Position numbers and translations under genes: made by a program. From Marsupella aquatica (lineage: Eukaryota; Plantae; Marchantiophyta), in NCBI GenBank assembly GCA_973895155.1, contig OZ316894.1, positions 9,399,440 through 9,463,439 on the forward strand: a DNA stretch of 64,000 nt, given 5' to 3'. Of this stretch, positions 27,030 through 40,441 are shown one piece after another. Numbering within the stretch: position 1 is the stretch's first letter; the number at the start of each line of letters is the position of its first letter. The notes beneath the pieces are model-generated. The model saw nothing but the letters and a program-made list of their open reading frames with translations, was not told where the DNA came from and ran no database searches.

Positions 27030-27167
27030 AAAAAGCTACGGACTACCAAATTCATGATCTATAGCATTTTGCCATAAGTCATTGTAGAGGCTAGTGAAAA
27101 ACACTAAAGGCTATGGTCATTTGTTTATGACCAAAAGCCATAATCCGTAACTATGAAGCTTTGAGAC
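27030..27167. mobile_element. Inverted homologue of the 16533 terminal fragment
   Basis: atggtcatttgtttatgaccaaaagccataatccgtaactatgaagctttgagac is the near reverse complement of 16533-16588. Confidence 0.6.
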
Positions 27168-27349
27168 AAGGAAAGGACTTAACCAGGCCCCTCCAGCATC
27201 TTATGTACTTTAATGGACCACAAAGATGAATTCAGGACTTGACCAGGCCCCTTGGACAGCCGGTCATCCAAAAATTAAAAAAATGTATGAAGTTGGTCAT
27301 AGTTGTGGTTGGGTTCGCCTCCACTACACAGGGCACCATTACTTGACTT

Positions 27350-27900
27350 GGGTGTGCCACCAGACCTAAAATGTTAAATTTTTTATAAGCCTCAAGGTTT
27401 TATTGGATTTGGTCATTGACCATCCAGTTTGAGCTAAAAATTGTTTCATTTGTATGATCTCCAACATTCAAGTTACTTGCTTGAAAATCTTGGGACTTTC
27501 TGGACAACTCAAACACTCAATCCTATATCCTTGAACATCAATCTTACAAACTGCAAAGTACAAGTATGCACCTTTCCTTGGGTACCCAAAGCAAAGTTGG
27601 AACCAAAACTAAGCTAGGTGCCTTCTTTGAATAAGTTCACAAATTCTAAGTGAAGTGTGAAAGTATTATGCTTTAGCACAAGAAATGATTTATGAAAAGT
27701 TCCCAAGTGTAGATTTTTGAGTATATAGGATTAAGTGTTAGGACATGTTCAAAAAGTCCCAACTTTGTTTTAGTAGGTAGCTTGAGCTTAAGAGATCACA
27801 CCAAAAAATTTAAGCTCAGACAAACATAATTCACTTCATCATCCAATAAAATATTGGAGTGTATCAAAAATTAACATTGGGTAGGTTTTGTGAAGCCATT
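27350..27900. mobile_element. Degenerate foldback/MITE with ~200-bp inverted arms
   Basis: Matching arm pairs: ttgggactttctggacaactcaaacactcaatcctatat with atataggattaagtgttaggacatgttcaaaaagtcccaa; ttttattggat with atccaataaaa; aatgttaaatttttt with aaaaattaacatt. Confidence 0.65.
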
Positions 27901-29364
27901 GGCCATAATTTTTCTGCTCACTTGCTGGCTGAGACCTTATGAATCTGACTAATAAATTGCAATGAAAAATTAGAGTTGGGGTCTAAAAAAAATTAGAGTT
28001 GGGTCTAGATTTCTAGAGTGAAACCTCCAGATCTTGATGTAGGGCACCTTCAAAATTTAGGTGGATAGAAAGAACAATGGGATGTTATGTGCAACAAAAT
28101 GATGACCATGCATAATGATTTTCTATTGATATTCAAAGAATGAGCATTCAGGCTCATGATGTAAGATGGCAAAGACATAACGGCCATCTCACTTCACTAC
28201 AAACACTCTCCATTATGAGACATAGCTCCAGATTAGAGACACTCTCCAATATGAAGCATAGTTTCAAAATCTTGCCAGATATAACTATTCCATGCGATCA
28301 GATGACACGGGGCCATCCAACTGGGTTCAGACTAGCACTTCCCTGGATAACCTTAGTGTACACCAATGTTTTAGATTACCATGCTGGTCACGTACATGTC
28401 TTAAATGCTTGAGGTTACAACAATCGAAAATAGGAAGCTGACACTCGTCCTGCACATACCCTGAAAAGTCCCAACCTTCAGATGTACATACAAGGCCCCG
28501 AGTTGACTCTCTCCCGAGGCAACAACATAGGACGCTAATCTGATCCCTCACTGCAACCCCATCGTACACAATCCCCTGGAGAGTCTCAACCAACTGATCT
28601 AAATACAATGCCCTCGGTTGACTCTCTATTAGTAATATATCTTCATGATTATTGACATACCGCACCTCACTCGCTTTCTTCGGCCTCCTTATATGTGGTC
28701 CGTTCGAAAACAAAGCCAATGTACACTTAGAGCAAAGACTTTGAACAGAAGGTAAAATGGTATGGATCCGCTGAAAAACCCATATTGTAGAGAAGAATTA
28801 AATCGAGCTACATAGGGAGGAAAATCTGTGGCACAGAAGGGCAGTCAGATGCACCAAAATGACTTGAGACTTCATTTTGAATTTCATCCCACCAGAAATT
28901 CCACAAAAAGGACCGCATTTATTCCTCCGTTCCATCTCCACATCCAATGATTGTATATCAAATCACAAATGCATAAAATTTCTCACTCTACCTTCTTCGT
29001 CTTCCTTCATCAGTCTTCAATGACCCTGCACTAACACTGGTCACTGTGACTTCAGTGACACCAAAATGGGTTCACTCGTTCTGGCAACTCAACGATCTGA
29101 AACATGTTCCTTATCCCTGGGGCTCAGGAGAATTCTTGACAACATTTCACAATGTTCCCAACCTGAGCTTGACTGATTCTCAAGATCAAGAATCCCCAGT
29201 AAGTGGCAGATCAGTATTCCTAACTACTGATCTCAAGGGTGAGCAAGACGGGCACCCACCATACCTTCAGCTGGCAAATTGAGTGGTGTACGACATAGAT
29301 ATGGAATCTGAAGCGAACAATGTACGACCTTATCAGACTTAAATTCCTACAGACCGTCAACATT

Positions 29365-32300
29365 TCATTCGTATAATAATTTCTTTAGTCTCTTGACAGC
29401 CTCTATTGCTTGCTTGTTCGTTGGTTCAAGAATAAGCGCTTGTCTAAAATCTGTACACACGTTGCAACCATCCACCCATCAGTTCCACTCCAATTTTATG
29501 GAAGCTTGACAAAAATACATTCTTCAATCTGGAATCTGTTAGTGACCACAAGTAATAAATAGATAATTGTCATTAAAATGATCAGTTGAGTTGCATCTGA
29601 TACAAATACCTCAACATACTATCCCAAATTGTCATCAACCCTGTGAGGGACTAGACATTCCAAGACCACTCAAGCAGCCAAAAAATGCATTCGACCACAG
29701 AAAGGACAGGAAGACGAGGGAGTGCTCCGCAAATGACCTTCATCCGCTTCTTTATAGTATCCCATGAACTCTCGGGCTGTGCCTCTTCTGAGCAGTGCTT
29801 TGACATTCTGCAATCAAAATTAGCCTAATTTAGTGGACGCATTCCCAGCAGTTCAAACTCTTCCCGAGAATTTTCTTTTCCTTTTCCTATTTTTCGAATG
29901 TCGCCCGCCTTATATAGCAACAAGTGCGAAGTGAATAAATTTCGATTATAGCGCATGGAATCTATTAGTTCAGCAAAAAGTCGAATAGAGGAGATACCTT
30001 TCTGTCTATGCTAATAGCTTTGGTACAATCAGCTTCTGCTTGTGGAAAGCTGTACAGACGATGACTGAGACAATCAGTACCATGCACATGTAGAAAGTTA
30101 CATTATCAGATGAAAGAAAAATGGAGAAGTGTTCATGAAATAAAAGCGTGTTTATCTTTCTGTAGAGTTTCATCACAGAAAAGCCCACAAGACTTCGATG
30201 CATAAACGCCTAGGCGACAATGATACCATCAATGACGTATAGTATAGATTTTTTTTTCGTTTTTTCGTATTGTACAGAAATTACAGACTACTGAAGGTCA
30301 TTGCTATCCAAAACAATTGTATGAGGGTATCATTTTTAACAAATAACCTGCACATTTGGAGATAGGCGGCAGCTCTGTTGCTGTAAAAGGTTGCATTTTC
30401 ACTGTCCAACCGAATTGCTTCTGAATAGTGACTCGCAGCTTTAGGATAGTCTCTCTCCTTGAAAGCAGCATTTCCCTGAGGTCCACCCACAAGTATTCAG
30501 TGGTCAGTACTTTATTCAGAAATACGATGCTCGAAAACAAGAAGGGCCAGGACAAAAGAGGGAAAGCTACGGCTAGATATGAACACAACGATTCGTCAGT
30601 ATACTCGCCACTAGAACAACATCGACATAAAATGAGAGATGAAAACAGTAGCAACTACTTGTTGAGAGGTGACATCGAGAAGAACACCAAATTGCACAAC
30701 GTATGCATCAAGCCGAAGAAGGAAATGACATGCTGTAATCCATGGAGATCACCTTTTCTTTGGCAATCTCTGCTGCATTACTTTTATCATTTGCAACAGA
30801 AGCTGCACTTTTCACAGAAAGTGAAATTTTGGCTTCTTCCTGGACAGTTGGATGAAGTGCTAATACAGTATCTAAAAGAAAGCGGTCAGCTCCATGCTTC
30901 GCCATGAGTGACACTCCAATAGGAGCATCGTCAACTTCACCTGATGGCAGATTCACCTGAACCAAAAATGAGCAAATAAAACATTGAGAATCATAACTAT
31001 CTTATGATTTATGCGGTAAAACTCGATTAATTGCCACCAAGACTAAGACTTAGACTTCAAGTACCAGTTATCTTGTAAATTCCATTAAGCCAATCAGAAT
31101 CTTTGCTGAATCTCAAAGTATAGACATCTGATTACCTGACAACAGCCCGACATTCCACTTATGCAAAGAAGAGTGAAAGCTTTAATTCGATAATCCTCAG
31201 CATCTTTCGACTTCAGCTTCGGAGCCACACCAGGGACAGTAGGTAGAACAAGAACTGCTTCATTCTACACAAGGTATCCGACGGTTGTTAGTTCCGTTGT
31301 CCAAGAGCCTACGTGAATAACTCTGATACAAATTCGTAGTTTCGGCAAGTGACCATAAATATGCATATTGATAGAGGATCGTCATTAAAGTGAAACAGGC
31401 TGTCCAAGAGCCTACGTGTATAATTCTGACACAAATTCGTAGTTTAGGCAAGCGACCAGAAATATGCATATTGATAGAGTATCGTCATTAAAGTGAAACA
31501 GCGCACTAAGGACTGGTCCACATAGTTTACAGGAACGAAATTTAGATAATCACAGACTTTCAGTAGAAGACAAGAATTCAGTCACAAATCAAAACCTTCA
31601 GCTGCAATCTTGGAGCGATGACGAAAGTTAAGAAAGAGGTAAACTTAAACCTTCAGTAACTCGTTCATCGCCTGCCGACACTCATCCCTTATCTTCTGGA
31701 CTAAAGGTACGAATTCAGCGCTCGTCTCCAGGGATGCTTTGACCCTTGCCCCTATATCAGTTGCAAAGACTGGTTTCGTGGAGTTTATCCACTCTTCATG
31801 ATTGCTCTTAAACTCAAACCTGCCCATCCAGAACAAATCCAAAATAGACGTAAATGCATCAGCTTTGAAAATTTTGAAAACGGTTCATCTTACAAATCTC
31901 GGCAACTCTAATGCCAGGCAATTTGAATATCACTCTTCGCCATATACACTCAGGTCATGCAGAAACCAAGTCTACAACATATCGCTCTAGTCCCAAAAGA
32001 CACTAGCATAAGTGCCATCTTGTAATCTGCTTAACAAGACAATATGTAGTTGAAGGAACTTACATTTGCAGTAATCGCATACACTCCCGGAGAACATCTA
32101 GACCTGACCCTGAGATCTTCAGAGCAGACCGGAAAGTCATCAAAGACGGCACATTCCGTTCCAAATATTCTCCAACGTGGAAATTTTGTAGTACTTGCCC
32201 TGCGAAAGATAAGTGACGGGAACGAATTTGCAAATCAGATGCTATCTTATGCAAAGGTACAATTGCAAACACAGGAGACGAGTCCAGCCTATCTTTCAAA

Positions 32301-34327
32301 ATCCTTTCTAAGTTAAAGACTGGCCTGTACTTATGGACAAGTTTTGAAGCCCAGTTCATTGTAGCTCATTAGGCCTTTTGATTGCTACGATTCCGCTAGA
32401 AAGAAGATTTCTGTAGCTTTCCTCACAGTCTTGCGTGCCTAGGGGAAAACACTTGCATTCTTGTAGTGCTGAACTACGTTACGAAATTCTCAGGCAACTG
32501 AAATTTTCTAGTGGGCTTCAGTTCAGGTAACCTACGTCCAAGTAGCTTTTGAATAGACCTAATCACCGGACCCGCATGGTGCTCCTGAGGAACCACGGAT
32601 AACTTGAAGCAATCCTCAGCAACTAAAATTCGCCGGGGCTGCCTAACTTCTGCGTACGGTAACTGGAGTAGAATGTGACCAACTTGACGTAAAACAGTTG
32701 GATCCCTTGCAAACCACCCTACACAGAAGACAAAACATTAGTTACAATTTTAAATGTTGAAGTTTTAGCATGTACAGTGAACAGAAAACAGTCACCGATT
32801 GGCTTACAAGCTCCCAACTCACCTACTGTGTCAAAGCCCTGTGCCATTGGAACTACTCCAGCAGATGAAATTACTCCATGTGAAGGACGGAACCCCAAAA
32901 TGCCACAGAACGATGCAGGTGCCCTCACACTTCCACCTGTATCCGTTCCTGAGGAATTTCCAAAAATAACCGTAGACTGTCAAACAACAAGAAAGATTGA
33001 AAAAAACCCAATAAATATATCTTCTCTGGCCCATTTCGAATGTGAGGAAGTATTCCGAATGATAGGGAACACAGTAAAACAGCTTCCCGACCTTTCTTGA
33101 AGGAAGAAAGTGCTTCAGGATCGAAAACGAAATAGAGCATCCGATACGCCAATTTTCAAAATTAAAATCAGGAATCTCACCAAGTGCAAAGTCGACTAGA
33201 TCAGCGGCAACCGCAACTGCAGACCCACTAGATGAGCCTCCGGGAATCCTGTCAGGAGCGGCAGGGTTCACTGGAGTACCATAGTGTTTATTCTCTCCCA
33301 TGATACTGCACAAGCGAAGATAAAGTAGAAAAACAGAAACATGAATGCCACATTGTTCCATGGACTTATGCACTGGTGGCGGATTTTGACCCCGACTACG
33401 AGAGGTCCCACCCATAATAAATAAGAGAGGAGGGAGTCAACCACGCTGAGGGGAACGCGATTTGAAAAGAGCACTGCACCATTCACAGCAAAGTGCTCAC
33501 TGCATACCGAGCATGATATGCATGTCTAGAATAATAGATGTGAACCTGAAAGCCATCTCGTCCATGTGAGTTTTTCCAATACATTTTGCTCCAGCCTTCA
33601 CAAGAACTTGAACTGCTGGAGCTGTTTGAGTGGCTGCTTCGTGGGTTTGCGCCCAGTCAGGATTACCAAACCCCGTCACAAGACCTTCCACGTCAAATCT
33701 GCCTCCCACAAATGATCCAAGGTCAGAAATTGATTGCTGCCTGCGTACTTGACAAGTTATTCAGAGTAGCGCCATCTGAACCGTGACAGGATTAAGAAAT
33801 CTTGCATATGCATTTCTTTGCTTAGTATTCTGGGACATCGCCATGTCCTTGAGACGGCCGATGATCACCCCGGGCTCATGGATGTAACCGGTTCGAAGGA
33901 GTCTTTCAGATCTGGGCTGGAGTCTTTCCATAGCAATAGCGATAAGGCAATTTCTGTGGCCGCAGGAGATGCAAGAAACGATGAATCGCAGCGGGTACTT
34001 GGCAATTTCCTCACACTAATGGCAAGAACAATGAATTGGAAAGCGAAAGCTGAAGAGAAACTAGTCTGCTATATGATTTCTCGGTCAGCTCTAGAATGGA
34101 TGGAAACCGAGGTTTCAGAAGGCGTACATCTCCTTGACTGCAAACTTGAGGCCTGTTAACGGTGGTGGGGCCTTGGGAGGAGCTGGAGGAGGTGGAGGGA
34201 GCAGCTCGAAGTACTGAATGAAGGCCCCTTGGCCTTTCTGAAGACCAGCTCTCTGCCTCCTGCTTAAGAAGAAGATTCCAGCGATGCCAAACCCTAAGAG
34301 CATCCATGACTTCGCCAGCACAGTCAT
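29365..34327 (-). CDS. TOC64: TOC64/OEP64/OM64-type outer-membrane protein (N-terminal TM anchor, amidase-signature domain, C-terminal TPR), ~586 aa
   Basis: Thirteen coding exons join in frame (1761 nt): 34327-34128, 33698-33546, 33305-33181, 32948-32823, 32718-32536, 32199-32064, 31819-31651, 31264-31136, 30956-30753, 30475-30348, 30049-29998, 29807-29738, 29450-29365. Motifs: [10 protein letters not shown] anchor, [22 protein letters not shown], and TPR segments [34 protein letters not shown] 5'UTR intron is likely at ~34360-34797. Confidence 0.93.
31299..31501. repeat. 102-bp tandem duplication inside a TOC64 intron
   Basis: tgtccaagagcctacgtg...atcgtcattaaagtgaaacag starts at 31299 and at 31401. 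Confidence 0.9.
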
Positions 34328-35993
34328 CGTTGCCGCCAGCGTGAACAACCTTGTCCCTCTAAAATACAGACTCTTCGAAAAACCTACTGAGCCTCATTCC
34401 CCCAACACATTCCGCCGTCTTCAGTCCAGCCTCAACAGCTCTCCCCAAGAATAATTGGTATGGCAGCTCCCTGCTGCCAGTCCATCCACAAATTGAGCCA
34501 GGTCGGAAATCCCAAGCACTTGCATGTGCTCAATTCGAACTCCTAAAAAACCTCGGACCAGGTCAGGAATTCATAATTTCATCGTCCCGACCCTTCTCCA
34601 CATCAGACACAAAAACCTGATGAAGCTCCCGATGTCCTAATTCCTTTCACCCCAAAACGAGAGGCAAAACAAGAAACCGCCCTGCTCCAAGGAAGCTACC
34701 TCCCGGCTGAGCTCTTAAACCCTAAAACACAAAACGAACAAGAACTTCTCAATTCATAAACTTCGCAGCATTCAATTCCACCGAAACCACTCATCTCACC
34801 ACATCAATGAGCACAACGAACGGAAAGCCGAGTAACAACAATCCCACAGCGAAATTGGCGACGAGAATTCCCTCCCATAAAGTGCTTACAACGAGACCCG
34901 CGCAGATTCTCTTCAGGAGGCGGATTGCAGGAGGCGAAATTTCAGCGACGAGAGAAAGAAAGCAATCCTCATCAGCCAGCCAATCTTTTCTTGTGAGAGA
35001 GACGAGAAAAGAGACGCGAAGAGAGTGGAGAAAAAAGGGGAGATGGATATGGAGGAGAAGGAAATGGAGGAGAGGAGAGAGGAGAGGAGAGGAGAGGAGA
35101 TAGGATTGGAGATTCTGAAGAGTGAGCGTGCGGAACTCTGGGGGTGTGATGTGTGTGATGTGCAATTTTTAGGGTCAGAATGGAGGATACAGTAATGACG
35201 ATCAGGTTAGCGCAAACAAATAAACAAATATATAAATAGTGGAAATTTGTGTCTCAAGCACAAAAGTTGACAGAATTTCTATCCGTAGATTACACACCTT
35301 TGTATGATTACGTTGGTGCTTGGGTTTGGAAAAGGTTGTTACTATCTGTTTGGATTTGGTTTACCAAAAGGATTTCAGGCACATCTTTTCTTTTGTGGTG
35401 CTTCTTTTTAATTAGTGTCATTTTTTGTCCAAAACAAAGTACCTTCAAGCCTTTGTAAGAAGGATTGCCTATAGGTTATTTCGAAAACTTTCACGCACCA
35501 AAATGGCCATGACCTTGCAGATAGGTTTATTGTTTCTACAACTTGGAAAATAGATTTACAGTGCTTATTTTAGTAATATTCTAAGCATATTGATGTAAAA
35601 CACTGATTAAAAAATGAAATATAGAAAAGTTATTGAAGGCATTGCAATATAAATTGAAAAGAAAAATTATTAACTTTTCAGGCAGTGCATGCACAAACTC
35701 AGTGGTCCCTAGAACAGCCATCAGTGTTCAAAGTCATTCTTGGAACTTGGAGCCAAGCCTTGGACGTCCTCCAATGACAATGTCACCCCTGTAAAGTAAA
35801 GGAAAGTAAAGGTGTTTTATAAAAATGATTGGAGATTACATCTAGACCATGTATTGTGTCTTGAACTAAAATGGGGAGGAAATACAATTAGACTCGCCCC
35901 ACCCAAATGTGACACTTTTTCTGTAGGGAACCCAGCCCAGGGTGAGCCCCAATGGATCAGACAGGGACCACACCAGGAAGGAGAGAGGATTTA

Positions 35994-36604
35994 ATCAGGG
36001 CCACAAAGTGGGCAACCAGGGGCTGAGCAAATAATCAGAACTCCAATCCACTACCCACAAAACCCATCCCACCCACACACATAATTATACCCTCCACACC
36101 CCCTGTGTGGAGGGGGGATTGAACCTGGGACCTCTCAGTTCCAGGCAAATCCCTGTATTCTGAGTGATAGGAAGCTCAGATAGGCTTTCAAAGAGGAGTG
36201 ACAATAACTACAATCATGTATTTTGAGAGTAGAGCAAATGGCAGCAGCAGAGAGGATACACCACCTGACACATATATCTTGACCTTTAGATGTCAAGTAG
36301 ATTTATATGGACTGTAAGTTAGATATCTTTTGTTTACCGCTTGGTTTACACCTGACACATATATCTGGACCGTTATATGTCAAGTAGATTAATATGGAGT
36401 GTACATAAGATATCTTTTGTTTACCAATTAGTTTAGATCAGTTGGCTAGGGGATTAGCCTGGAACTCAGAGGTCTCAGGTTGAATTCTCCCTATAAGCGG
36501 GGGTGTGGAGGATATATGTGTGCGGGTGGCATGGATTTTGTGGGTAATGGATGGGAGTTATAATTATGTCCTTGGACCCTGGTTGCCCACTTTGTGACCC
36601 TGAT
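35994..36604. mobile_element. Inverted pair of tRNA-related (SINE-like) ~160-bp arms enclosing an ~87-bp direct duplication
   Basis: 35994-36153 is the diverged reverse complement of ~36450-36604. The + copy has an A-box-like TAGATCAGTTGG (36434) and a B-box-like GGTTGAATTC (36478); the - copy has GGTTCAATCCC. The internal repeat cacctgacacatatatct occurs at ~36262 and ~36349. Confidence 0.65.
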
Positions 36605-37319
36605 AGTGATGAAAATCAAGCCCTTTGGAGAACACAACACAATTTCAACAGTAGCCCAGCTGGAATAGAATCTGGTGAGTTAACCAATGAGATAGGCAAT
36701 AGGGCCCCTATCCTTCATGATTGTTACCTTTAGAGCCAACTCCACCAACCAGATGCAGACTTGCAAAAAGGCTGGCTTTGCAAGAACAACTCGATGGCCC
36801 TCTCTATTTTTTAATGAAAAATACAATATCGGCACAATGAAAAATAGTGATGATCTAAGCCCTGAGAATTGCAACACACACACTTATCTAGAAAAGCATG
36901 GTGAGGACAAAAACTAAGGATAAGGACTCATCTCAAAGGTATAAAAGAGAAAATGGAGCCCCCACATTGTGAAGCCATCCAAAAGTTATTTTGGGAAGCA
37001 AAGTTAATGTTTAGATAGTGTAAATTGACACATCTGACAAGATACTCGAGAGGGTGTCAAACATGCACAGCCCATTTTGAGACAGTATTTTTGATTGAGA
37101 CAGCACCTTTCTTTTGAATTAATATTCATATTTTTGAATCTCAAAATGTGTTGGGCACAAAGGAAAGTCAAATGTAATGGCTCCTATGTGCCCATCTAAG
37201 CATGAACTTTGCTTTGTTTGCTCACACTGTTTAGAACATTCGACACTGTACCCGGGACTGTACCACTACTTTAACCATGGTTAAGCTAGTTTTCTTTAAA
37301 GGTTTCTACTAAGTTTTGA

Positions 37320-39045
37320 AAACAGCTTCAGATATAATTAAATTCATTGAGTATATGGGATGCTCAGGAGGGTACAAAGTCCACCCCTCGCACGAAGCAA
37401 CATATCTGATGGCTAAGCTACATAAAAGATTGAACACTTGGGCCAAGCAACATTTTGATGGCTAAGCTACAGAAAAATTGAACACTTGGGCCAATCATAG
37501 CCTAATGCTGGCTGGGAGGATGATCATGTTGAAACACGTTTTAAACCACCACCCAAACCACCACTAGCCATGACAAAAACCTGGTTATACTTCCTTGAAT
37601 TTGCGGAGCAATATGGAACTGGAGAGGAGAAGAATCAGAGACAAATGAAAAAGTAATGGACACTTCCCCCTTTTAAATGGCTAGGGGCGGTTTAATTAAG
37701 AGCAATCCCGATTATCATATGATGATTCTTGGACTCTATAAATCGGGGTTTGCTGAGATGGAAAAGGTCTGCAGGCATTTCTCATGGGGTAGCAATCAGC
37801 TTGGAAAGCACAAGAAACCATCGATAGCTTGGTCTGTGATTACCACCCTCAAAGCAGATGGAAGACTCCTCTCATTCGAACAACAATCAAAATCATTGCA
37901 AATGCGACATGAGTCGAAACTCATCACTGGCAACATAAGAGAATGAACCCTCATGGCCCAAGAAATCATCTTGAAGAGTGCGCGACTGGGACCACTCAAG
38001 AAGGAGTATTGTTAATGGTCCTGCTTGGAGATCATACTACTTAGCCCGGACCTCAAAATTAGAGGATCTCATACCATCTGGCAGCTTCTTAATTAAGAGC
38101 TGGATCACCCAATATCCTCATTTATGCTTTAACTTTGGAGTAGGACCATTGCCAAGACAACTTTATATCGAACAGGCTGTGATTCTTTTCTTTCAAGATA
38201 AGCACAAGCCGTGGCAGGAGCAAGTGGACCTTAGGCGCTTCTTTGCCAATCAGAGGATTAAGAGGGTGGGCGACCTGATCACGTCTGATCATTGCTGGGG
38301 CGATAGGGAGGCTCTCATCTCTAGGATCAGGAGCACTAGACTGGTAAGATTGAACATATTCAGAGAATTCTATGAGGAGCTTACACTCAGAGCTACTCCT
38401 ACTGAGGTGAATTTGCTTGAGTGCCAGGGATGGGATGGAAGTGGGGATGGAAATCCCACAATTGTGGATGAAAATTTCCAGCTAGTATGTGGGCCTATGT
38501 GGCCTTGTAAAACACTTCCGACAATACTACACTGAACAGAAGGTCGGGCCAACTTGGGACAGTGAATGACTAGGACCATCGATGGAGGAAGAAGTGGGGA
38601 GGTTGCACCCTACCCAAGGTCCAATTCTTTATCTGGTGCCTTGTTCATCATGGCTCCTTTACTAATGGCTGAGCTACGCACTAGGGTGTCTACTCTAGAA
38701 TGTGCGACCGAAGCAACCTTAGCTTCAAGAATAGTGAACGCCTCATTTTAGTTGCAAGATGTGAGATCAAGACGCTGCTTGCTCACTCCAAGAACCTAAA
38801 TCAATTGCAAAGCATTCTCTCTGACTCCGTCCATGCTGCATTCGGATATTGCAGAAAGATAGTCCCAAACCACTGGTGTTTATCATGGAACTCTACAACA
38901 AATTATGGAAAGAAAGGAATGTGTGGGTGTATTCTCAATTCTGTGGTATTCATCCCAAGCTGGGTCATTCTGAAGAAAATGGGTGATCATCTCAAAGCTC
39001 TGCTTGCCATTAGCAGATTGGATAAGAAATCAAAACACGAATGAA
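37320..39045 (+). mobile_element. Degenerate L1-clade LINE, 5'-truncated ORF2 3' portion
   Basis: Broken frames read KLQKKLNTWANHSLMLAGRMIMLKHVL|RAIP.YHMM...EKVCRHFSWG....KKPSIAWSVIT..KADG, typical of the post-RT region of plant L1 elements. There are multiple frameshifts and stops. Confidence 0.8.
37544..37696. mobile_element. Small MITE (PIF/Harbinger Tourist-like) inserted in the L1 remnant
   Basis: TIR-like ends aaaccaccactagccat and atggctaggggcggttt with TTA/TAA at both junctions; removing the insert restores KHVLRAIP. Confidence 0.6.
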
Positions 39046-39504
39046 CTAGGCTTCATTCTTGTTCTTGGGCAACTCTGGAGTTCCCTAGTGCTATGAGTGC
39101 ATGCATCTTGAATGGTTCTTTTTTCATGATTGTAGTTCCAATAGTCACTGGATTTCTGACAACCTTGGGGGTCTCACTATATGGAGCCTTCCTATGAGGC
39201 ATTTCCATCACCTTGCCAATTTTTTAGTCATTGGATCCCCTAAAATGTAAGAATTAAAAAAAACAAAACCCTAATTTACAATATTGTAAAAATTTGGTTT
39301 AAAAAATATAAAATGTTCTTATTAGTCACCATTGGATTTAAAAGAAACTAACATTCTTTCCATAATAATTTAAAGTCTTCCTTTAAAATCAATAAAATTA
39401 GATTATCTTTTGTTGCATGTGATATGTCATTTTTGTGGAATTAAAATCCTCGAGATGACAACCAGACTAATTATAGTAGACACTAGCCCCATGTCTGTGC
39501 ATTG

Positions 39505-39920
39505 CACAAAAGATGTCATGGTGAAGAAAAGATCTTGAAGTGAAAAAGATGTTGAGGTGAGAAAAAGAAGTCGAGGTGAATAAAGATGTTAAGGTGAGAA
39601 AAAGACATTGAGGAGAGAAAATAATGTCATAATGATATAAAGATGCTCAGGTGAGAAAAAAATGGCGAGATGAAATAAAAGAAGTCAAGGAGAGAAAAGA
39701 TGGAAAGGTGAGAAAAAGACGTTAAAGGAAGGAAAGTATATTGAGGAGAAATAGATGTCACGATGAGATAAAGATGTGAAGGTGAGGAAAAAATGGTGAG
39801 TTGAGATAAAAGATGTCAAGGAGAGAAAAACATGGCAAGATGAGACAAAGATAAAATGTGGAGAAGAGAAAATGATGTTGAGGAGTGCAAAAGAAGTAGA
39901 GGGGAGAAAAGATGTGGCGC
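39505..39920. repeat. Degenerate ~20-21-bp minisatellite inside the Helitron
   Basis: gaaaaagatgt(t/c)(g/a)aggtga recurs about 20 times and explains the Phe/Ser-rich pseudo-ORF at 39685-40023. Confidence 0.85.
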
Positions 39921-40441
39921 TACTTGTGAGTGAGAGAAAATGGATGTATAGGTGAATCTGATTGTGCAAAAAAAAAAAAACATTTTTGATAAAGGGCCAG
40001 AATTTCTCTCTCCTATTTTTCATTTTGTAAAGAATGAAGAATATTTATTTATTTTGTTTGGTGGGGGGGGGGGGGGGGGTATTATTGTGTTTGATATGAT
40101 GAGTCTTTTGATTTCTTCTTGTTATTATTGTTATTTGTACCAAGGAAAAATTGAAAGATGGATAGAATAGACAATTTCACATGAATTATTTTAAAATCAA
40201 AATAAATTTTTAATTATTCTACATTCATTATTGATTTGCTTTAAAAGGTCTGTAGTTCTGGGGTAGGAAGTAGCCTAGATCCAAAACAAACTTATAATGA
40301 AAAGAGTGTCCTGCCCTGAATACCAGGCATGCACAGAGGGCAAGGAGGTGAGGGTACAATTTTAAATGAATTGTTTTAAAATGAAAATAGTTTTTTAATT
40401 ATTCTCCATTCATGATTGATGTGCATTCAAAAGGTAATCAT

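Noticed and set aside
36430-36500. tRNA gene
   Set aside because: Only degenerate A/B boxes are present; I could not form a convincing cloverleaf, and the sequence is part of a repeat.
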